Source: Clostridiales bacterium (GTDB lineage: Bacteria; Bacillota; Clostridia; Christensenellales; UBA1242). Taken from it: a stretch of DNA of 64,000 bases. The translations under genes were made by a program, and so were the position numbers. Under the pieces are notes generated by a model that saw only the letters and a list, made by a program, of their open reading frames with translations, was not told the origin of the DNA and searched no databases. Of this stretch, positions 1 to 10,642 are shown one piece after another. Within the stretch, counting starts at the first letter, position 1. Each line of letters begins with the position of its first letter. The stretch lies in NCBI GenBank assembly GCA_015055665.1, contig SVHX01000005.1:6896-70895 (forward strand), given 5' to 3'.

Positions 1-1
1 T

Positions 2-3000
2 ACCCATTTGTATTTCGATAACGATCCTAATGTTACCAAGAAGCAGTATCTGATATTTGATGATATTGTAACCAGTCTACAATGTGAGCCGTTTGATGCA
101 ACTGATAAGACAATTACTCTTAAAGTCCTTGGTTTGCCAGAAGGTCAGGAAAGTCAAATCGTGTCTATTCCTAAGACTGTACAGGCTGGTGAAGAATTTA
201 CAATCAAGGTTAAGAAGGATGCTAATGGTAATAACATTGGTGGCGTTGTAACAATTCAAGCCAAGAGTGGCGTGGTTGCAACTGTTGCTACAATTCAGTT
301 GTATGTAGATGTACCTATTCCTAATGATGTATTATACTTCTCCGGCAATAATGTAGGGCAGATGACTACGACCGGTAAGCAGTTCTCTATGGCTATTAGT
401 GATAGACAACAATATATATATCTTAATAGTACGCTTGTTAATGCATTTCATCTTCAAGCAGGTAATGAGAATATCAAAAATACTCAGATTAGTTACATAT
501 ACAAATATCCTAATGGTAATGTGTATGACAGGAAAGACTTTAGTAATAACACAGACCTACTTAAGAGTCGTATAGATAAGAATACTGGACTTACCAATTA
601 TTATTACGAAATACCAGTTACCGCAGATACTGCAGGATATATTGAGATAGAGGCTAAGACTCATAGAACTAGCGAAATCGAAAACGCATTTACTATAGGA
701 GAATTTGATAAGTTATCAACAATGATGCGTAATTCAAAAATCACTCAAGACCCAAATGATTTGCGTGAAGCAGGTAACAAGCTTGCTCAGTACAATGCGT
801 TCCTTAATAAGTATATAGTATATTTTGATAAGAGTGAAGAGAGTTATGCGTTCTTTAAGGGTAATCCTAGTCGCTCTGATCCTAGCAAGGTAAGCTTAGA
901 GACGGCTGACCAAGTAGACAAATCAATGGAATATGTATTCGTTAAGTGTTCGGCAAGAATAGATGTTAAGGCAATTAAACTTAATGACTTTACATCAAAA
1001 GAGGTAGCAACTAGATACGAGGTATTCCAGAATAAACTATATTCGATAACTGGAGATAGTTCCGGTGTTAGAAATATTAGAGAAGACTTTGGTCTAAAGA
1101 TTATTACTGATAATGAGGCTAGTGGAGAGGCTGCAACTGAGAAAGAGTTCATGTTCGAAAGCCTTGTGCTTAATTCTTATCTATATATCAGTGCTCCTAA
1201 TACAGAGGATGGAGAGGAAAACATTATCACTCCTGACGGAGAAAAGGTCGTTTGGAACGGTGTAGAGTATGACTTCAAGTATGTATATGGATTTAATGGT
1301 AATACTCCTATTACAACCAGAGATTCTAATAACGAAGAAGTTGTAGGGTACCTATTACAATTGACCGCTTCTGATGAATATTTAAACATTAAGAAAACAG
1401 ATGACATATGGCAGGTAAACTTTAATGTTCCTATGCCGATTGAATATCAGACAACTGTAATCACCAAGGCTCTATACTTAGGATTCGAAGTTAGTGGTCT
1501 TAATGATGATGGATCTACTATTGCTAAGGAAACATATTCCAGAATATTCATAGATTACAACAATGAGTATGGTATAACTGGTGGACAAAGTAACTTGAGC
1601 CTTAAGGAATTTGAGTCAGGGCTCATGATGACCAATACTACTGATATTGATGCATCTGAGGTTTACAGAGATGATCCGAATAATGATATGCCGGTTAACA
1701 CGCAATCTATAGCGGTAGACTTTCCTACTGTTGCAGTTGCACCATCATACACAAGTGTAATGTACTTTGCAGAGACTAATTCTAATACAATAGATGGCGG
1801 ATTCTCTAAGATTGCAACTATTGGTAAGTATTCCTTTATCAATTATCAGAAAGCGTTAGGTAACGAAGATAATATCTATTATACCGAATCATTATCTGAA
1901 GATGATGAAGAAAGTGGTGTGTCTAGTACATTAAATACAGATAATATCTTAATTGGCGAAAGAATCCCTACTTATAGTATTACAGATAGTACAATCAAGA
2001 ATTACTACATCCAGGCAATCAATGCATCCAAAGAGCCAGTAAGATTGTTTGCCGTAATATACTTGAGTGATGTTAATGGTAATCCAATTGATCTAGATGG
2101 TCGTAAGATAAAATTTGATGAGGCATCTTATGATGAAGAGGAAGAGGAAGAAATCCAATCTGCTGATGCTGATAATAAGTATCCTAGCCTAGTTGTTATT
2201 AGAATAACTGATCTTGGGGCAGAAATGCCTACAGTATCAGTAAATAGTTATGTTGATAACATGAACTTCTATACCAATTCGTCTGTTGATATGACATTTA
2301 CTTATGAGGATCTTGGTTGTGAAGTTAATTTCCCTGCAGGATTTACTAATAGAAATTATCTTAACCATTACGATATTCCTGCTACTGCAGAGACTTATGG
2401 GATATCCCTTACAGGAAATCATGTTGTTCCTATTAGAGAATATCTAGAGCTTAAGTTGCTTAAGAATAACCACTTTACGATATATACTACTAATCTAGAA
2501 CTTGATCAAGAAGGAAATGTTGTTGAAGTAGAAAGCGAATTACTCGAAGTTCCTATTGTTGATATTCAAGGAAACAAATTAGACAAGAGTTACCTTGTTA
2601 ACGTTGGATATAATAAGCAACAAGCATTTAATGCCTTCTGTAATGATATTAATTCTAGTGATGATGGTGCTCCAACACTAGTTCTTGGAGATGCTGAAAT
2701 ATCCCAAGTAGGTGCACATATCATCATTGGTAATCAAGGTGAGGGTGATGTTTGGTCCTATGAAGAAAATGATGCATACATGATTCAGTGGACAATTAAT
2801 TCTGTCAAAGACAAGAATAAGACAGAAACCAGCCCTAGTATTTATATAGATCCTAAAACTGGATCAATACCTTACAGTACAACACTAGCACCTACTCAGA
2901 CAGATAAGGATGATGAAGAATCAGAGCAACTTAAGATGCGTGAGAATTATGTAGTCTTCAATACATATAGATTAGAGATATTTGATGTGGTTCTTGCCGA

Positions 3001-5362
3001 GGACTTAATCATGCAGAATAATCTAACAGTAAGGTATGCTAATATTCCTCTTGACAAATATGAAATGAGTGGAACAATGGACTTTACTGAACCAATTCCT
3101 AATGGTTATCAGAATTATACATTGCCACTAGTTAATGGAGATGTTGAGTTTGCAGTTAGTACAAATTTAATTGACGCAGAAGGTAAGCCAAACCTCCAGT
3201 ACGTGGATTGCTCTCAAGCAACAGTAGAGTCGGGTAGCAAGGTTTCTTCTGAAGATGCTAATCAAGAAGGCGGTACCGAAGATTATGTTTATGAATCAAT
3301 AGACGATTATATTCTTTATTACATAACTGGCAATAATGCAAGAATTGCATATTCTTCTATGGCAAAGGGATTAATTTCTTTTGATTATGATTATCAGTTT
3401 AGTAATCTAGTTAATGGCGAATATCGTAATTACATAATGTTTGGTGGTGAGTATTATACCTTTGATGCTAGTACCAATATGGTTAATATTAATGGTTACG
3501 AACTACCTTTGGAACAAGATGGTCAATTGCGTACATTAACTATTCATAAGGGTGAGTATTTCCCTAAGGTTAGAGATGACTTGGCGTTAATCTATAATGT
3601 AGAATTCCCAATAGTTACAGAAGGCTCTAAAAAGATTTATTCGGAAGGTTCTTTAAAAACCGGCACACCAATTAATGTGTCAGAAACTGCAGATATTGTG
3701 CTAAGTGATGGAACTATTAAAGAATTTGTTAATAGTGCATATATTAGTTCGGATGTTATTAACAAATTAAAACCAGAAGGCGAAGAGGGAGACACTAGTA
3801 CTAAAGCTGAAATTAACTTCCTTTATGGTGAGAAACTTAATAAGTACCATGTAAGCGAAACAGGTAAGTACAAGATTGTTGGTAATTCTTATGTTGAAAT
3901 AGGACAATTTGAGGATTACGATGGTGAAAGATACGACCTTGTTACTGATGGTAATGAAGCTAAGGCTTATGGCGTTAAGGTATATCTAGTTGTTACATTT
4001 AATTTGGGTGTGAGGGATGCAAATTCTAGTGACTATACTTTCTACAAAGCAATAGAATATGAACTATTGCAAGAAGATATTGTGGTTAAGCTTATGTATC
4101 AAGGTGAGGCTGTTTCTAATAATCATCCACTAGTGATTAATGCGGGACAAACAACAACAATAAGTTGGGGTGGAGATGGCGTTGGTGCAGGGTTTAGTTT
4201 AAGTGCACAAGGCGAAGGAAACTTCCCTCAACATGTTAAGTTTACAACACCAGAAGAAATAGTACTTAACAAGACTAGTAACGGTCTTGAAATAGTTGTT
4301 CCAGATATGTTAAGTGATGACTCTTTCGAGTTTACAATGTCTTATATGTACAAGGGCAAAGAACAGAAGTTAATCTTCCCTGTGGACATTAAGAAGAATA
4401 TTTCGCTAACTGTTAATACAGATAAAGATAACATATCTTATGATGAAACAAGCAAGACATTTGCTATGACATTAGATAGTGATACCTATGATGTTGCAGA
4501 GCTATTTAATGAATACTTTGTGTTAAGTACAGAAACTGCAGGCGGAGTAAGTGCATCACTTGATGGAGTGGATTCAATTCTAGAGATTGCAGACTATATT
4601 GCCGAGTATAGAGATGGAGCCATTATAACTAAAACACTTGTATATGATATTCTTGTTACCAAGGATGGAGCTGGTACATATGGAGGATTTAAACTTGCAA
4701 TAACTGTTAATCCTAAATATGTAATTGATACATCAGCCCTTAGTGGAACAACAAGTGAGAAACCTAAGGAGATATTTAATAACACAGATCTTTATGGCTC
4801 ATACGTTAAGGTATATGAGGGAGATGTTACTAAGAACGATATTATTAATGGCGATGCAATGCTATTATCTTCAGCAGAAATTGTTTCTGAGGTAGATCTT
4901 GTATTGTCTACTACAGGAGCTGGAATTACTGTTAATGGTGGTATTATAACTGCTGATAAAGTTACAGACGAAACTTTTAGTGTTACACTTAAGTATACAA
5001 ATGATAGTGGCGAAAGAGCTTTCACATGCTACCTTAAGATGCTTAAAGTAGATGATGTTAAGTATTATTATTCTGCTACGGGTAACTTTGAAACCGATAA
5101 GGTAGAATTTGGTGCTACTAATAAGAATTTGAATATAACTTTAAGTGCGGAGAGTATTAATATTAGTAAATATGTTAGAGTTGAGTCCAGCAACGATTCG
5201 ATTATTGCTGTATTAGTTAAGGGAGAAGATCAACCTACAGGAAATACTATAATTAATGCGTCTGATATCTCAGGCTCTCAAGTATATTATGTTGCATATG
5301 CTAATAGTGATGGTAGAGTGTATGAGGTAAGTGAGTATACTGTAACAATAACTGTTGCATAG
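2..5362 (+). CDS. very large secreted/surface-type protein, 5'-truncated by the window edge (more than 1784 aa)
   Basis: The ORF is uninterrupted, and its frame stays open from position 2, upstream of the listed TTG at 8. The composition is acidic and Asn/Thr/Tyr/Val-rich, typical of beta-rich proteins. No C-terminal TM segment or sorting motif is visible and no family was recognised. Confidence 0.8.
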   Translation, partial: THLYFDNDPNVTKKQYLIFDDIVTSLQCEPFDATDKTITLKVLGLPEGQESQIVSIPKTVQAGEEFTIKVKKDANGNNIGGVVTIQAKSGVVATVATIQLYVDVPIPNDVLYFSGNNVGQMTTTGKQFSMAISDRQQYIYLNSTLVNAFHLQAGNENIKNTQISYIYKYPNGNVYDRKDFSNNTDLLKSRIDKNTGLTNYYYEIPVTADTAGYIEIEAKTHRTSEIENAFTIGEFDKLSTMMRNSKITQDPNDLREAGNKLAQYNAFLNKYIVYFDKSEESYAFFKGNPSRSDPSKVSLETADQVDKSMEYVFVKCSARIDVKAIKLNDFTSKEVATRYEVFQNKLYSITGDSSGVRNIREDFGLKIITDNEASGEAATEKEFMFESLVLNSYLYISAPNTEDGEENIITPDGEKVVWNGVEYDFKYVYGFNGNTPITTRDSNNEEVVGYLLQLTASDEYLNIKKTDDIWQVNFNVPMPIEYQTTVITKALYLGFEVSGLNDDGSTIAKETYSRIFIDYNNEYGITGGQSNLSLKEFESGLMMTNTTDIDASEVYRDDPNNDMPVNTQSIAVDFPTVAVAPSYTSVMYFAETNSNTIDGGFSKIATIGKYSFINYQKALGNEDNIYYTESLSEDDEESGVSSTLNTDNILIGERIPTYSITDSTIKNYYIQAINASKEPVRLFAVIYLSDVNGNPIDLDGRKIKFDEASYDEEEEEEIQSADADNKYPSLVVIRITDLGAEMPTVSVNSYVDNMNFYTNSSVDMTFTYEDLGCEVNFPAGFTNRNYLNHYDIPATAETYGISLTGNHVVPIREYLELKLLKNNHFTIYTTNLELDQEGNVVEVESELLEVPIVDIQGNKLDKSYLVNVGYNKQQAFNAFCNDINSSDDGAPTLVLGDAEISQVGAHIIIGNQGEGDVWSYEENDAYMIQWTINSVKDKNKTETSPSIYIDPKTGSIPYSTTLAPTQTDKDDEESEQLKMRENYVVFNTYRLEIFDVVLAEDLIMQNNLTVRYANIPLDKYEMSGTMDFTEPIPNGYQNYTLPLVNGDVEFAVSTNLIDAEGKPNLQYVDCSQATVESGSKVSSEDANQEGGTEDYVYESIDDYILYYITGNNARIAYSSMAKGLISFDYDYQFSNLVNGEYRNYIMFGGEYYTFDASTNMVNINGYELPLEQDGQLRTLTIHKGEYFPKVRDDLALIYNVEFPIVTEGSKKIYSEGSLKTGTPINVSETADIVLSDGTIKEFVNSAYISSDVINKLKPEGEEGDTSTKAEINFLYGEKLNKYHVSETGKYKIVGNSYVEIGQFEDYDGERYDLVTDGNEAKAYGVKVYLVVTFNLGVRDANSSDYTFYKAIEYELLQEDIVVKLMYQGEAVSNNHPLVINAGQTTTISWGGDGVGAGFSLSAQGEGNFPQHVKFTTPEEIVLNKTSNGLEIVVPDMLSDDSFEFTMSYMYKGKEQKLIFPVDIKKNISLTVNTDKDNISYDETSKTFAMTLDSDTYDVAELFNEYFVLSTETAGGVSASLDGVDSILEIADYIAEYRDGAIITKTLVYDILVTKDGAGTYGGFKLAITVNPKYVIDTSALSGTTSEKPKEIFNNTDLYGSYVKVYEGDVTKNDIINGDAMLLSSAEIVSEVDLVLSTTGAGITVNGGIITADKVTDETFSVTLKYTNDSGERAFTCYLKMLKVDDVKYYYSATGNFETDKVEFGATNKNLNITLSAESINISKYVRVESSNDSIIAVLVKGEDQPTGNTIINASDISGSQVYYVAYANSDGRVYEVSEYTVTITVA

Positions 5363-5438
5363 ATAGCAATGCACAAAATGTCAATTTGAAAGTATATATA
5401 TCAAAAATAACTTTGAATAATTGAAAAGATTTGTTATA

Positions 5439-5473
5439 ATTCTAGTAAGATTAGTTCTTACTAGAATTTTTTT
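5439..5473 (+). terminator. rho-independent terminator after the giant ORF
   Basis: A 12-bp inverted repeat ATTCTAGTAAGA / TCTTACTAGAAT (5439-5450 and 5456-5467) has a 5-nt loop and is followed by a T-run. A TTGAAT-N16-(TGt)TATAAT promoter-like element at 5413-5440 overlaps its left arm. Confidence 0.6.
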
Positions 5474-5487
5474 GTGGAGAAGATAGT

Positions 5488-6540
5488 ATGGAAAGAAAAG
5501 AGTGTGCTAATGGATTGCAGCTTATACGAGTAGCTGTTATTAAGTTGCGTGGGCATTATAGCGAGGCGTTTATAGGTGCTCTTGCAATGACTACACCGCT
5601 AATACTTGCGTTGTTCTTTGGGGCACTTATGTCAATATTGTTCCTTGTATCGTGGCCATTAATAACTGCTGTAGTGTTATTCTCGATATTTGTAGCACCA
5701 TTGCAAATGGGATATATTAAGTACTTTAATAATGCTATAGACGGTAAGCAACCAAGGCTAAGGGAAGTATATTCTTACCTTAAGCCAAGTGGATTGACAC
5801 TAAGAGCAATTTATATCTCTGGTATACTTATTATTATGTATATAATAGGTGGTGCATTGTGGATGATTCCGGGTGGATTCGCTATTGCACATTTCTCTAT
5901 GGTATTATTCTTCTTGCAGAAGTTCGAGCACGAAAGACTAAGGTCTGCAATGTTTGAGTGTGCTCAGAAGATGTGTGGCAATAGACTAGCAATGTTTGGA
6001 TATAAGCTAGTATTCTACCTTGTATACTTTATGCTATTTGTAGTTGCAGGACTAATGATATTATTAATTAATTCGTTGGTAGCAGATAGTCTATTAATTA
6101 GCTGGATTGTTGCTGTATGTAGTGCAATAATATTTGTATTCTTGTATACATTTGTAACAGTATATTTCCACTCGAGCAATCAGATATTCTTCGAAGATGT
6201 GTTATCTAGACACGAGAAGAAGCACGCTAAGAAAGTGCATCATGCCGAGAGCAACAATACCACAATGGTTGGAGATGATGAACAAGTAGCACAACCTACG
6301 GATGTCAAGTCGGAGAGTAAGTCCGAGGTGGTTAAAAAAGAAGTTGCAAGTGATAAGGTAGAGGTTAAGCAAGAAAGTCCAAAGGCAATCAACAAGACAG
6401 ATAACGTAAAGAGTGATACTACCAAGAGTACTACTGCTAAGAAGGCTTCTACCACGAAAACTACTAGTACAACCATAAAGAAGACTACTACAACTAAGTC
6501 GACTAAGGCAAAAGCTACCACTCCCAGAGCCAAGAAATAA
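5488..6540 (+). CDS. polytopic membrane protein (DUF975-like) with a Lys/Thr/Ser-rich C-terminal tail
   Basis: An RBS GGAGAAG lies upstream of the ATG. There are several hydrophobic helices, and the segment MGYIKYFNNAIDGKQPRLREVYSYLKP resembles the DUF975 signature. The last ~110 aa are low-complexity K/T/S/E. Confidence 0.55.
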   Translation: MERKECANGLQLIRVAVIKLRGHYSEAFIGALAMTTPLILALFFGALMSILFLVSWPLITAVVLFSIFVAPLQMGYIKYFNNAIDGKQPRLREVYSYLKPSGLTLRAIYISGILIIMYIIGGALWMIPGGFAIAHFSMVLFFLQKFEHERLRSAMFECAQKMCGNRLAMFGYKLVFYLVYFMLFVVAGLMILLINSLVADSLLISWIVAVCSAIIFVFLYTFVTVYFHSSNQIFFEDVLSRHEKKHAKKVHHAESNNTTMVGDDEQVAQPTDVKSESKSEVVKKEVASDKVEVKQESPKAINKTDNVKSDTTKSTTAKKASTTKTTSTTIKKTTTTKSTKAKATTPRAKK

Positions 6541-6671
6541 CTAAAATAAATGTAAAATTATGAGAAGCGATAAATGTGATAAAACACAAAAATCGTTTCT
6601 CTTTTTTTACATAAAATGTATGGATAATTCTAATAATAAAAATAGCAGAAATTATCAGGAAGGTAGCACTT

Positions 6672-7220
6672 ATGAAGGAAAGTGGAATAGTTAGGAAATT
6701 GGATAATTTGGGAAGGCTTGTTATACCCAAAGAGATAAGACGTTGTATGCGAATCAAAGAGGGTTCGCCAATTGAATTTGGTTTGTTGCCAACAGGGGAA
6801 ATTGTCCTTAATAAATACTCAATTGTAGGGCAAATAACCGATTATGCAGAGGACTTCTGCAAGATACTTGGCGAGATATTTGATTGTATTGTATACATAA
6901 CCGATAGAGATAATGTTATAAGTAGCTATGGTATAAGCAAGAAGGTTAGCATTGGGGCAAAGCTCTCGAGTCAAGTACTTGATATTATAGATAGCAAGTC
7001 AAGTTATACTGCTTGTCGCAAGGAAAACACAACCATACTACCGATACTTGAGGATGATAATACTACATATTTTTCGCAAGCATTGCATCCTATAAATATT
7101 CAGGGGGATATAGAGGGGCTAGTAATACTAGCAGATACTAAGGAAGATAGGTGTCTAGGCTCGGAGCATTTGACAGCACTAAGGGTGGTGGCAAACTTTG
7201 TAAGTATGCAAATGGAGTAG
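6672..7220 (+). CDS. spoVT: stage V sporulation regulator SpoVT (AbrB-type N-domain plus GAF-like C-domain)
   Basis: The N-terminus GIVRKLDNLGRLVIPKEIRRCMRIKEGSPIEF matches the SpoVT/AbrB swapped-hairpin motif. The 182-aa length fits SpoVT, not a ~90-aa AbrB/MazE. It is followed by a yabM-like gene, as in Bacillus. Confidence 0.85.
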   Translation: MKESGIVRKLDNLGRLVIPKEIRRCMRIKEGSPIEFGLLPTGEIVLNKYSIVGQITDYAEDFCKILGEIFDCIVYITDRDNVISSYGISKKVSIGAKLSSQVLDIIDSKSSYTACRKENTTILPILEDDNTTYFSQALHPINIQGDIEGLVILADTKEDRCLGSEHLTALRVVANFVSMQME

Positions 7221-7224
7221 GTGT

Positions 7225-8931
7225 ATGAAACGAACTTCGTTTATATTATCTGCGATAATACTCGCTCTTGGTGGGATGTTTGCCAAAGCAATTGGAGCAT
7301 TATACAAAATCCCTCTTACCAATATCTTGGGAAGCAACGGCATGGGGTTGTACTATCTGATGTTTCCTGTATATTCGTTGATACTATCATTATGTAGTAG
7401 TGGTATTGGCGTGGCTCTTGCAACTGAGGTATCCAAATGTCGTAAGATTAGGCATAGATATAACGAACAAAAGTTGCTAAGGGTAGCCCTTGTTATGGGG
7501 TTTGTTGTAAGCTTGATTTTTGGAATAATAATGGTAATCATTGCACAGCCTCTTGCCACTCTACAAGGTAATGTTAATGCAAAGCTAGGTTATATAGCTA
7601 TAGCACCGGCTATTGTAATTTCAACAATAATTGCTACCTTGAGAGGGTATTTTCAGGGAGTGGAAAATATGGTGCCGACAACTGTGTCTATGATAGTTGA
7701 GCAGGTAATTAAGTTGTCAGTAGGACTATTATTGGCTCACAAATTATGTAATCTAGGTATGCAATATGCGGTACTAGGTGCTGTAATTGGTGTTACGATA
7801 AGTGAGCTAGTTGCATTGGTGATAATATCCATAAACTTCCTCACGTTTAAGGGGCAATTATATTATAATTATCGAAATCAGAATTATAAATCTCGAAGAA
7901 AACTGTTACGACCACCTATACTAAAATCTAAAAAAAGATATACTCTGATAAAGTATAAGCAAGTAAGGTTTGTGTGTGCAAGTAGGTCAATAAGATACTC
8001 GAATAAGACAGCTATTGGTAAGTTGTTCAAGATTATGTTACCAGCCACATTATCTAGTATTCTATTGCCAGTAGTGACAATGATTGATAGCTTAATAATA
8101 ATTAATATACTTATCGAAGCTGGATTTACTTCTGCAGTATCAACATCACTATATGGTTTGTGGGGAGGTGTGGTGCAATCGCTTATTAGTCTACCTACAA
8201 TTATTATATCAGCATTGGCAACATCTATTGTACCATCACTAAGTGGTGTTGTGGGAGATAGAGATGTTGGTCAGGTGGGTAGCAAGGTCGAGTTTGTTAT
8301 AAAGTTAACGTTATTCCTATCTATTATAATGATGGTTGGCGTGTTTGTTTTTGCGGAAGATATTCTTGTGTTCTTATATGGAGATGGGCTGGGTAGTAGT
8401 GTGATAGATGAACTACAATATGCAACGCAAATGCTTAAGTTTGCTAGCATTAGTATTGTTTATTATGCGTTGTTGCAGACATTTACAGCAATTTTGCAGA
8501 CAATAGGCAAATCCCATGTTCCGTTTCTCGCAACGCTCGTAGGGCTGGCAATAAGAGTTGCCGGAACATACTTTTTGGTAAAGATTCCTAGTATTAATAT
8601 CTTTGGTGTCATAATGGCTAATACAATCTTCCTAGGATGTGTGGTAATTATATTGGCAGTAGTGATAAGCAATCTGCTAAGGCTTAGATTTAAGTTAATA
8701 TCTCAGTTGGTTATGCCCATTATTATAGGTAGCGTTGTCATGGTACTGATGATGATATTAAGATCGGGTTTTGGTCTTGTTATGAATTATATGGGCGCAA
8801 TGATATTATCGGCATTTATAGGGGTGATTGTATATATAGTATGGGGATATTTTGCCTCAATTTTCAACACAAAAGAGAAGCAAATGCTGATGATATTTCG
8901 GAAGAAAAAAACGATAATGAAGCGAAGATAG
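7225..8931 (+). CDS. MOP-superfamily polysaccharide/lipid II flippase (SpoVB/YabM/MurJ-like)
   Basis: The protein is 568 aa with ~14 predicted TM helices. Its N-terminus GGMFAKAIGALYKIPLTNILGSNGMGLY is typical of the SpoVB/YabM family. It sits right after spoVT. A basic ~60-aa loop (RNQNYKSRRKLLRPP...) is inserted mid-protein. Confidence 0.75.
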   Translation: MKRTSFILSAIILALGGMFAKAIGALYKIPLTNILGSNGMGLYYLMFPVYSLILSLCSSGIGVALATEVSKCRKIRHRYNEQKLLRVALVMGFVVSLIFGIIMVIIAQPLATLQGNVNAKLGYIAIAPAIVISTIIATLRGYFQGVENMVPTTVSMIVEQVIKLSVGLLLAHKLCNLGMQYAVLGAVIGVTISELVALVIISINFLTFKGQLYYNYRNQNYKSRRKLLRPPILKSKKRYTLIKYKQVRFVCASRSIRYSNKTAIGKLFKIMLPATLSSILLPVVTMIDSLIIINILIEAGFTSAVSTSLYGLWGGVVQSLISLPTIIISALATSIVPSLSGVVGDRDVGQVGSKVEFVIKLTLFLSIIMMVGVFVFAEDILVFLYGDGLGSSVIDELQYATQMLKFASISIVYYALLQTFTAILQTIGKSHVPFLATLVGLAIRVAGTYFLVKIPSINIFGVIMANTIFLGCVVIILAVVISNLLRLRFKLISQLVMPIIIGSVVMVLMMILRSGFGLVMNYMGAMILSAFIGVIVYIVWGYFASIFNTKEKQMLMIFRKKKTIMKRR

Positions 8932-9016
8932 ATGGTGTTTTTATGAATTTTGCACAAAAATAGGCCTCAAAAATGCAAATTTAAGCAAAAAATGTGATAA
9001 AATGGCTATTTTTCTT

Positions 9017-9044
9017 TTGCAAATTGATTAAATTATGTTATAAT
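9017..9044 (+). promoter_or_regulatory. sigma-A type promoter of hup
   Basis: TTGCAA (9017-9022), a 16-nt spacer, then TGtTATAAT with the -10 hexamer at 9039-9044. It lies 30 nt upstream of the hup start. Confidence 0.55.
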
Positions 9045-9073
9045 TGGCTAACAACTATTAAAGGAGAAAATTT

Positions 9074-9349
9074 ATGAATAAATTAGATATTGTTAAAGTT
9101 GTTGCAGAAGAAACTGGTCTTACACAAAAAGAAGTTCTTGGCGTTGTTGATGGTTTCATTGCTACAATTATCAAGGACTTAAAGAAGGGTGAGGAAGTTA
9201 ACATTGCTGGTTTCGGTAAGTTTGTTGTTAAGAACAGAGCTAGAAGAACTAGTATTAACCCTAGAACTAAAGAGCCTATCGAAGTTCCAGCAAGCAAAGC
9301 TCCTACTTTTAGAGCTGGCAAACAATTCAAAGATGCTGTTAACAAATAA
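9074..9349 (+). CDS. hup: DNA-binding protein HU
   Basis: The 91-aa protein shows HU hallmarks: MNKLDIV..., GFGKFVVKNRARRTSINPRTKEPIEVPASKAPTFRAGKQFKDAV. The RBS is AAGGAGAAAA. Confidence 0.95.
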   Translation: MNKLDIVKVVAEETGLTQKEVLGVVDGFIATIIKDLKKGEEVNIAGFGKFVVKNRARRTSINPRTKEPIEVPASKAPTFRAGKQFKDAVNK

Positions 9350-9391
9350 TATCTTTTAGTTGGTTTTACCTAATTTATTTTTTGGCTATGT

Positions 9392-9428
9392 GCCTTGGCA
9401 TTGCGACTTGCAGTACCAAGGCTTTTTT
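9392..9428 (+). terminator. rho-independent terminator of hup
   Basis: The stem is GCCTTGG / CCAAGGC (9392-9398 and 9416-9422) and is followed by TTTTTT. Confidence 0.6.
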
Positions 9429-9542
9429 GTATCAAAATCATCTCTATAATGTGATTATATTGGACAATAAGAGGATTTTTGCGATATAATTATTCTATAA
9501 GTGAAGAGATTTTTTTGTAAATATTTTATTGAAGAGTAGTGT

Positions 9543-10481
9543 ATGAAGATAGGTAATATTGAGTTTAAAAATAATGTAATTTTGGCACCCATGGCGGGAG
9601 TTACTGATGTAGCTTTCAGGTCTATATGTATTGACTGTGGAGCAGATGCGGCTGTGACTGAGATGGTTAGTGCCAAGGCTCTTTCTTACAATAACGAAAG
9701 GACAGAAGATCTGCTAGTTACTGCAGATAACGAACGTATCAAAATTGTACAAATTTTTGGTCACGAGCCAGATGTGATGGCAAGTATTTGTTCGAGTCCA
9801 AGGCTTGACAAATTTGACATAATAGACATCAATATGGGTTGTCCTGCTCCTAAAATTGTTAGCAACGGTGATGGGAGTGCCTTAATGAAAGATATTGGCT
9901 TGGCTTCGAGGATTATTAAGGCTTGCGTAGCATCTACAAATAAGCCTATTACTGTCAAATTTCGTAGTGGATATGATGATAATAGTATCAATGCTGTGGA
10001 GTTTGCCAAGATGTGTGAGGAGTCGGGGGCAAGTGCTATTACAATACATGGTAGAACACGCACGCAGATGTATGGTGGTCAGGTAGATCTGGATGTAATC
10101 AAGAGCGTCAAGGATGCGGTTAATATACCTGTTATAGCTAGTGGTGATGTTGTGGATAAAGCATCTATGGATCGCACGCTTGAGTATACTGGATGTGATG
10201 CTGTAATGGTTGGCAGAGGTGCTCTTGGTAGTCCGGAGATCTTTGCCGATTTAACCGGTGGCGATAGTAGCAAGATAGATAGATTTCAGCTTATTACTAA
10301 GCATATTGCTGGGCTTAGAGAAATATATCCTGAGAACTTTGTAAGTGGGCATATTCGTAAGCATTTGTTATGGTATCTTAAAGGTTATGCTGGGTCTTCG
10401 AAAATCAAATTGCAGGTATCAACAGAGCCAAGTATAGATAAGGTTCTGGAAATTATAAAAGAATTTATGCAAAATCGATAA
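9543..10481 (+). CDS. dusB: tRNA-dihydrouridine synthase
   Basis: Dus family motifs are present: NNVILAPMAGVTDVAFR, NMGCPAPKIV, ITIHGRTR. The 312-aa length is typical. Confidence 0.9.
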   Translation: MKIGNIEFKNNVILAPMAGVTDVAFRSICIDCGADAAVTEMVSAKALSYNNERTEDLLVTADNERIKIVQIFGHEPDVMASICSSPRLDKFDIIDINMGCPAPKIVSNGDGSALMKDIGLASRIIKACVASTNKPITVKFRSGYDDNSINAVEFAKMCEESGASAITIHGRTRTQMYGGQVDLDVIKSVKDAVNIPVIASGDVVDKASMDRTLEYTGCDAVMVGRGALGSPEIFADLTGGDSSKIDRFQLITKHIAGLREIYPENFVSGHIRKHLLWYLKGYAGSSKIKLQVSTEPSIDKVLEIIKEFMQNR

Positions 10482-10642
10482 AATAACTTAGAAATGTCGC
10501 AAAGTTAGGTGTATTTATTTGATTAAATTTCATATAAAATATATAATATAATATATCTTATTAAATATTGCTAACTAACTTAATATAACTTGAATAAAGG
10601 TATTAATAATTATAAAAATTTTTATTTTGTAAGGAGTAAATT

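Noticed and set aside
6672-7220. The AbrB/MazE-type N-terminal domain raised the possibility of an antitoxin from a toxin-antitoxin pair.
   Set aside because: The 182-aa protein with a GAF-like C-domain aligns along its full length with SpoVT. The downstream gene is a yabM-like flippase as in Bacillus, and no toxin gene is adjacent.
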